From Eledone cirrhosa (Eukaryota): a stretch of 64,000 nucleotides of DNA. Positions 56,028 through 64,000 of this stretch are shown here, one piece after another. A program made the translations under genes and the position numbers. Each line of letters opens with the position of its first letter. Position 1 is the stretch's first letter. The notes beneath the pieces were generated by a model. That model made no database searches. It worked only from the letters and a program-made list of their open reading frames with translations, and was not told the origin of the DNA. The DNA lies in the NCBI GenBank assembly GCA_964016885.1, contig OZ024759.1, forward strand, positions 17,112,001 through 17,176,000, given 5' to 3'.

Positions 56028-56625
56028 ATATAGTTTTCTAAATAATTGTTTCTACTTTTGGAACCAGGCCAGCAATTACCCAGTGCATTACTGGTACTTT
56101 ATTTTATCGACCCCGTAAAGATGAAAGGCAAAGTTAACCTCGGCGGGATTTGAACTAAGATCATAAAGGGAGGTAACTCTATGCTTCAAAGCATGGCGCC
56201 CGACCCTCTACCGATACTTCCAATCCACAGCCCTTATATATGTTTCTTTATTAGCCACAGGGGCACAAAAGAAGGGGACAGATACAAAGGGGGAAGTTTA
56301 CATACAATAAAAACGTGTAAAATATTATCACAAATGCAATTTAAAAATTAGTCGATTTTCCCTAATAGGGGGAGACAGTTCATATGGGTAACACATACCC
56401 CCGAAAAAATGTGCAACCCTCATCCCCAGGAGTACGAAGAGTTTGTACTCCTTTCCTCTCCTCCTCCTCCTTTTCCTCAACACACAGGCTGATATAGAGA
56501 GAAGGCCCATTCACTCGGGCCATTCTCGCCACTTTCACCCACCTTTCATAAAACTTGCTGGGGTACAGCACCTCTCTCTCCATCCTGATTTTTCTTCACA
56601 GCTCTAATATAGTTTTCTAAATAAT
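56028..56625 (-). mobile_element. Tx1/L1-like LINE 3' end plus SINE within one TSD
   Basis: ATATAGTTTTCTAAATAAT at ~56028 and ~56607. IRMEREVLYPSKFYERWVKVA C-terminal motif. The 3'UTR end recurs at 18268-18350. Confidence 0.65.
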
Positions 56626-56775
56626 GTCAACATAAGCAATAATTATGCGTTAACAGTTAAATATTCGTGCTATTACATTGATAGTTCATTGTAAACAGAA
56701 TCTGATATTACCAAACAATTAAAATGGTAGAATATACAAGATCAGCATCTAAATTACAAGTGTACATAAGATCTA

Positions 56776-56823
<48 letters not shown>

Positions 56824-56854
56824 GGCAATTTACAGCATACATTTACGCACACAA

Positions 56855-56885
<31 letters not shown>

Positions 56886-57061
56886 TATACATATATATAT
56901 ACATATACAGACACACACATATATGTATATATATATACAGACAAATATATATATATACAGACACATATATATATATACATATACATACATACATACATAT
57001 ACAGACACATATATATATACATACATATACAGACACAGATATATATATATATATATCTGTG

Positions 57062-57119
<58 letters not shown>

Positions 57120-57314
57120 GATATATATATATATATATATCTGTGTGTGTATGTATATATATATACACACATACATACACACGCACACACATATATTATA
57201 TATATGTACATATATTTATATCTATAAATATTTACTATATATATATAAATATATATACTATATATATATATATTTATTATATTTATTATATATATATATA
57301 CTATACATATAGTG

Positions 57315-57371
<57 letters not shown>

Positions 57372-58075
57372 CTAGCTAGATCGATGAAGTATACACAACA
57401 CTGTATTTGTGTACAAAAATAACCTGTTGTTGTTAGAGTCTATTTCAACCAACTGAAATCTATTTTTCATTTCATTTTGTCTTATTCAGTTTTACATAGT
57501 TTTATTCAGTTTTCTATGCTTTTCTTTTCTTAGCTTAGTTTTATTTAGTTCTATACCGGAGACATGGAAACCGCAAAACATGAGTGATTCTTTCAGAAAA
57601 CATGCAAGACAATAATAAAAGAATTGAGGAATTTGATACAAGAACAGCTGTTACCAGTTTTGATTCTTGCAGATGCTGATAGAAAATCCTACGTAACAAT
57701 AGACTATTATAAATCGTGGTTATACACAGATACACAACTAATAATATTAAAAAAAAAAAAGCCTACAAAATATAAAAAAAAAAAAAATAATAATCCTCAC
57801 ACACAACAAAAAAAAAACACCACAAACAAAACAAAACAAATATTGAAAAGAAAACGCAAAGATCAATAACTAAATATAGATCTACCTTCCCTTCTGCAGT
57901 TCTATTTTAGGAAATAAGTTTCCATAACTTTGTCAGAATTTTGTTGGACGTACTCCAACCGTGAAAGCGTTTGGATGAGTGGTTGGGATGTTCGGCTCAC
58001 ACGACCGAAAGATAGTGAGTTCAATTCCCGAACCAACCACTGATTATATATATATTTATATATACACATATATAT

Positions 58076-58110
<35 letters not shown>

Positions 58111-58313
58111 CTCTATACTCTATACCATTTCCTGTCAACATGACTTGGCAAGCTATTTAGAACACTGGTTTAACCGCTTTACTTCTCTCCGTAGAAGAGA
58201 TATTATCTCAAAATCTAAGGTAAAAGACTAATGTCAACAATATTTTTTGCATTTGCATTCTTTATTCTATGTCCATACCTGCATTGTTTTGGCTTTATTA
58301 TACATATACAAAC

Positions 58314-58349
<36 letters not shown>

Positions 58350-58353
<4 letters not shown>

Positions 58354-58658
58354 AAGGTATATATTGAGCTAGAAACTCAAAATAGTCTCTTACAATTAAA
58401 TAGCTCAAAGAAAGTGGTTTTTCTGAGCCGTGTAATATAAGTGAATATAAAAGAGAGATAAACAAAGATATAAACATTTATGTGTTCAAATTGTAAGAGA
58501 CCAGGTTCGCTAGGCTGAAAAAAATACTAACTATTAACAATAGGGTTTGCCAGACTCAATTTGAAATAATAAATCAAGACAAGAAATACAAACCTGGCTC
58601 CTTACGATTTGAACACATATATGTTTATATCTGTGTTTATCTCTCTTTTATATTCAAT

Positions 58659-58660
<2 letters not shown>
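58350..58660. mobile_element. (TA)n-embedded fold-back element family (also 48092-48347 and 48617-48882); no HHR recognised
   Basis: Shared start TCAAAGG...TATTGAG...AACTCAAAAT...TTCTGAGCCGTGTAAT. Internal inverted repeats. Confidence 0.7.
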
Positions 58661-59035
<375 letters not shown>

Positions 59036-59190
59036 AGAGTATTGAAGTTTGCTTGAAGCATTGTGGAATAATAAAAAAATTGGTCATTTTGGAAGCCTCA
59101 ACAATGCAGATGGGTAAATCTCCGGATAACAGAATCCGGTGGTGAAGAGAAAGATGTAAGAGGAAATGTAGAATAAGATGTATTGTGTGT

Positions 59191-59380
59191 ACGAAGGAAA
59201 TGTGGTAAGGAACCAGATGGACCATAACGCACCAGAGTACTCAATACTTATGGTAGTAGAGTGGGTAATAGGAAAAAGTTTAACCCGACGGCAGAGCTCA
59301 AGCCGTTTCGACGGCTATTTCTGAACTCCAGAAATAGTCGTCGAAACGGCTCAAGCTCTGCCGTCGGGGTTAGACTTTTT

Positions 59381-59382
<2 letters not shown>
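59191..59382. mobile_element. GACGGC-family fold-back element
   Basis: Same subfamily as 32201-32396. Confidence 0.85.
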
Positions 59383-59426
<44 letters not shown>

Positions 59427-59862
59427 CCCAGCGCCGCTTCGATGGTATTTTGCTGTTCTAACAGCTTCCATACGCCGAGTTTTCCCATTTTCCTGAGAAT
59501 ATATATTTATTCTCTTTTACACTTTTACCTGTTCCAGCCATCCAGCTGAAATCGTGCTGGGGCATTGCCCTTGTTGCTACACATTCTATCTCCAGCCTGT
59601 AATGGCTGGCCATTGGTGTAAGAGGGAGTTCGTTGTTGCTGCCCTTAGGTTATATTCGTACCGTGCTGTGGACTCATCCGGGATCCTGGATAGCAGGGTG
59701 TCGAGCTATTTCTTGATATATATATATTTAATATAGAAATGGCTTCTACAGGACTAGAACTGTTTCTTGTCCTGTAGAAACCATTTCTATATTAAATATT
59801 TATACTCTGCTATGTATTGAGTACCTTACTTACTGAGGTTACCCCCGATTGAACCTGGGATC

Positions 59863-59914
<52 letters not shown>

Positions 59915-60276
59915 CAGTAACGATCAAAATAAGACACTTCATGTGGGCGCAGATGTCATCCAAAGCAAGGGCCTCTAGACTTCCTATTAGCGTTCGAGAA
60001 TGCATAAACCCTAGTTTGTAGACAAAATTTCCTGTTTAATTGTATTTTCGGAAAGAGAATCTTTCCGTTCTCTTATTTTGATCACTGTATTTTTTTCGAA
60101 ATTAAAGGTCTATCATTAATATGTTCTTTATACCCCTGATTATTCAGAAAATATTTCAGCACAAGACAGATGTATATATACTACGAATATTCTTTCAAAT
60201 TTTAAAGGAAACATTTTATAAAATGAGAAAAATAATGAAGAATTAATTTATCGTTCTTTTATTTTGATCGTCACTG
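59915..60276. mobile_element. Tc1/mariner-type MITE
   Basis: TA-CAGTAACGATCAAAATAA ... TTATTTTGATCGTCACTG-TA. Extra internal end at ~60073-60088. Confidence 0.75.
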
Positions 60277-60365
60277 TAGGTAGATACCCGAAGGGGATCG
60301 GGAAGTGGTTACAGTTAAAGTAGGTATTCAATAAGTTGGTGGAGTATAATCATCTTTATTTTATA

Positions 60366-60538
60366 CAGTGAAATTCCGTTATAACGAAATTCACAGAGTA
60401 TAAAATAATTCGTTGTAACGAAAAAAACTTTATAACGAGATCGACCTAACACATCGGGCGTGTGGCCGGGGATTGAAAAACATTCGTTATGCTGAAAAAT
60501 TCGTTATAATGGTTTTCGTTATAACAGAATTTTACCTG
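60366..60538. mobile_element. Tigger/pogo-like MITE
   Basis: TA-CAGTGAAATTCCGTTATAACGA ... TCGTTATAACAGAATTTTACCTG-TA. Confidence 0.72.
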
Positions 60539-60909
60539 TATAGAAATGACTTCTACAGGCCTAAAACTGTTTCATTCGTAGGAAATCATCATTGATGTTT
60601 TTGCGAATTTAGTGGACAGGTAATCAAGAAGTCGGGATAAAATTCCGGAAGTGAGATGTGAGAGTAAAGAATCTATCAGAATAGAATTTACGACAGCATA
60701 TAGGAACTTCAACTGTAAATGGCTGAGTCATTACCAACAATCTAGGGCTACGTTGTAACCCGTACGAATAGGGTGTTACGTTGTTCGTACAACTGAAACG
60801 CTCATCGTCCGAACCGACGGAAGACCAACACACATCTGCATTTTCTTGCACACATACACATAACAATTTATTTATCTATCTCTCTAGTTTCTTGACTTTT
60901 GAGTAGCGG

Positions 60910-61230
60910 GAGAAGAAGAAAAGAAGAAGACGAAGAAAAAAGAAGAAAAGAGAAGAAGAAAAGAGAAAGAAGAAAGAGAGAAGAGAAGAAAAGAAGAAAA
61001 GAAGAAAAGCAGAAGAAAAGAGAAAGAAGAAAAAGAAGAAAGAGAAGAAAAAGAAGAAGCAGAAGAAGACGAAGAAGAAGAATAAAAGAAAAAGAAGAAA
61101 AAGGAAAAGGACGAGAAGAAAGAGAAGAAAAAGAAGAAAAAGAAGAAAAAGAAGAAGACGAAGACAAGAGAAGAAAAATATAGAGAAAATGAAAAAGAAG
61201 AAAGAGAAGACGAAAAAGAAGAACAACAGA
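60910..61230. repeat. (GAA)-rich polypurine tract
   Basis: Directly visible. Confidence 0.9.
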
Positions 61231-61786
61231 AAATATGATACAATGCAAAAAAAAAAAATCAAATCAAAAACAAAACAAAACAAACAAAACCAAAGAAGCA
61301 GGTGAAAAGATAGAGTAAAATAATAACAAACATTACAATGATAGCAATAGGTAACATAAGAATAAACACAACAGAGATAGCTATTAATTAAATATTACAC
61401 TACTAAGATATTACATTATTTATCTCGTTTCATTTTGCTAATAGGTTTCATTTTCTTTAAAGTGCATTTGATAAAGCTGTTTGCTTTCCAGTGATTTTTT
61501 TTTCCTTATTTCCCCAACGTGCTTCTGTGTTGCGGTGCGTCGACCAATTCGTCTACGGCTATCTATAACGATATGTAGCTTTAAGAATGTCTCTATTTGA
61601 TATTCTAATGTCGGCTAGATGCGTGAGCACGAGTTTTGAACTGAACGCTCTTCTTTTTTTTTTTTTTTGCTTTAGAAGTATGTTTTTTCTTCCTCTTCTT
61701 CTTTTTCTTTTTCTTTCTTTCTCTTGAGTATTGGTATTGATGATGAGAGAAAATATATTGATTTATATAGTGATAACTATATAAAT

Positions 61787-61835
<49 letters not shown>

Positions 61836-61899
61836 AAAGTTCTATTTAAAATTGTTGGGATACAAGTAAATATTTTTTTACACACACACACACATATCG

Positions 61900-61971
<72 letters not shown>

Positions 61972-62098
61972 AAAAAACGATATTTCTTTCTTTTATATAT
62001 ATATATATGTGTGTGTGTGTAAAAAACGATATTTCTTTCTTTTATATATATATATATATATTGTGTGTGTGTGTGTGTAAAAATCGATATTTCTTTCT

Positions 62099-62135
<37 letters not shown>

Positions 62136-62142
62136 ATATATA

Positions 62143-62655
62143 TTGTTACACTTTGGGAGGGTCATGTTGCCAATAAGAAACACACGCACCAGTTGCTTTC
62201 ACTTCAATTTATTATAATAAATTTATAAATTTAGGAATTTATAAATTTCCGGTTGGTTGGTTGGTTCCACAACCAGATGGTTGTTTATATATTGTCAAAG
62301 TTCTTTCGTCACACATTCTGTGACCTATTCAGTGACTGGGGGTTCTTTTCTTTGTTTTTTGTGCCTTTCCTTTGTTGTGTTGTCAACACACACACAAAAA
62401 CAAGATGGTGTAGGACAGAACAAAGGAGAGGCACAAAAAAACAAAGAAAAGAACCCCCAGTCACTGAAGAGCTCACAGAATGTGTGACGAAAGAACTTTG
62501 ACAATATATAAACAACCATCTGGTTGTGGAACCAACCAACCAACCGGAAATTTATAAATTCCTAAATTTATAAATTTATTATAATAAATTGAAGTGAAAG
62601 CAACTGGTGCGTGTGTTTCTTATTGGCAACATGACCCTCTCAAAGTATAACAATA
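62143..62655. mobile_element. ~510-bp fold-back element (~245-bp arms) with a hammerhead motif in each arm
   Basis: Inverted arms with scattered mismatches. An arm fragment also occurs at 12601-12706. Confidence 0.88.
62460..62502 (+). ncRNA. Type I hammerhead ribozyme motif
   Basis: GTCA-CTGAAGA-GCTCACA-GAATG-TGTGAC-GAAA-GAAC-T-T-TGAC. The - arm copy (62294-62336) has CTGAATA. Confidence 0.75.
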
Positions 62656-62922
62656 TCGGTTTCAACACACGTTTTCAGATAAAGAATCTTGCTAAACAAA
62701 TTCAGAAACGAAATATATATATATATATATATATATTTAGAAACACACAGATACATGCGGACACACACATATACATGAATGCATCCACATCCAACCGTGA
62801 GTCAATGGTGCCAACCCCACCGATGTTGCTCAATGAATGAATGGGACAGACCAATCCGGTTGAACCAGACTGAACCAGTATCAGAGTTAAAAATACATTA
62901 TGAAGAGAGAAGGAACATTTAT

Positions 62923-62976
<54 letters not shown>

Positions 62977-62993
62977 ATAAAACGATATTTATT

Positions 62994-63067
<74 letters not shown>

Positions 63068-63101
63068 ATGTGTGTGTGTAAAAAACGATATTTATTTCTT
63101 T

Positions 63102-63172
<71 letters not shown>

Positions 63173-63257
63173 TAATCTATACTACACCATACACTATCTG
63201 TATACACGTGAGAATTTGAGAATGTAACTTAAAATGTGAAAATATAGATATAAGTGT

Positions 63258-63306
<49 letters not shown>

Positions 63307-64000
63307 TATCTGCATATATATGTATATATACATATATTTACATGAACACACATACAGACACGCACACAGGCATATGTAAATATAAATAAATAAATATATA
63401 CATACATACGTGTGTATAAATATTTTCTTCTAGGTGTGTGTGTCCACGTATTCCATTTGGTGTGAGTGCACCTGTATGTGTGTATGTGTATATGCACTTA
63501 CCAATATTTTTTTTGTCACTATGAGCGGGGTGTCTGTACGTACGTGTGTGTCTCTGTGTATGTATGTATGTATGTATGTATGTATGTATGTATGTATGTA
63601 TGTATGTATGTATGTATGTATGTATGTATGTATGTATGTATGTATGTATGCATGCATCTGTGTGTATGTATGTTTGTACCTATGTATATGTAGTGATTGA
63701 GTCTTTTCTGTTAGATTGACATTCGATATAATCCATTATAGAGATAGATTAAATTTTAGTTGTTACGTAAGCACATTTAATTCCTTCTAGGAAGCTTAAT
63801 CGTCTTAAATGTCTTACAGTTCCTCTTATAATTTGTTTTGTTGTTACTTGTTTTGTATTCTAACACTCTTATACATGGTCTCTCTCTCTTTCATATATAT
63901 ACACATAAAGTGGCAAATAGTGAGACAGTTACACACAATCACAGACAGACACAGACACACACACACACATACACACACATACACACACATACACAAACAG

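Overview
AT-rich, microsatellite-saturated animal DNA. The SINE/LINE repertoire and (TA)n/(CATA)n content resemble a cephalopod (octopus-like) genome; this is inference. Almost all listed ORFs are microsatellite artefacts. Supported content: (1) One spliced minus-strand gene, with four phase-compatible coding exons at 21295-9155 and a possible last exon at 6171-6161. It encodes a ~190-aa secreted, Cys-rich protein with C-type-lectin-like and PAN/apple-like modules. (2) Decayed non-LTR retrotransposons (RTE, R4/Dong-like, CRE-like, Ingi/Vingi-like, Tx1/L1-like), about 20 tRNA-derived SINE copies, hAT and Tc1/mariner-type MITEs, and a 48-bp minisatellite with a 192-bp higher-order repeat. (3) The main finding: more than 20 intact or near-intact type I hammerhead-ribozyme (HHR) motifs from about 10 sequence-unrelated families. 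They sit in short non-coding elements inserted in or beside (TA)n tracts, usually as asymmetric fold-back palindromes, consistent with a Penelope-like/retrozyme-type system. The set includes family-level core variants (U3-A8; A at position 4), a ~115-nt stem II supported by G-U wobbles, half-ribozyme snap-backs and a shared downstream TATTGAGTAC-like motif. All structures were folded by eye; no activity is demonstrated.
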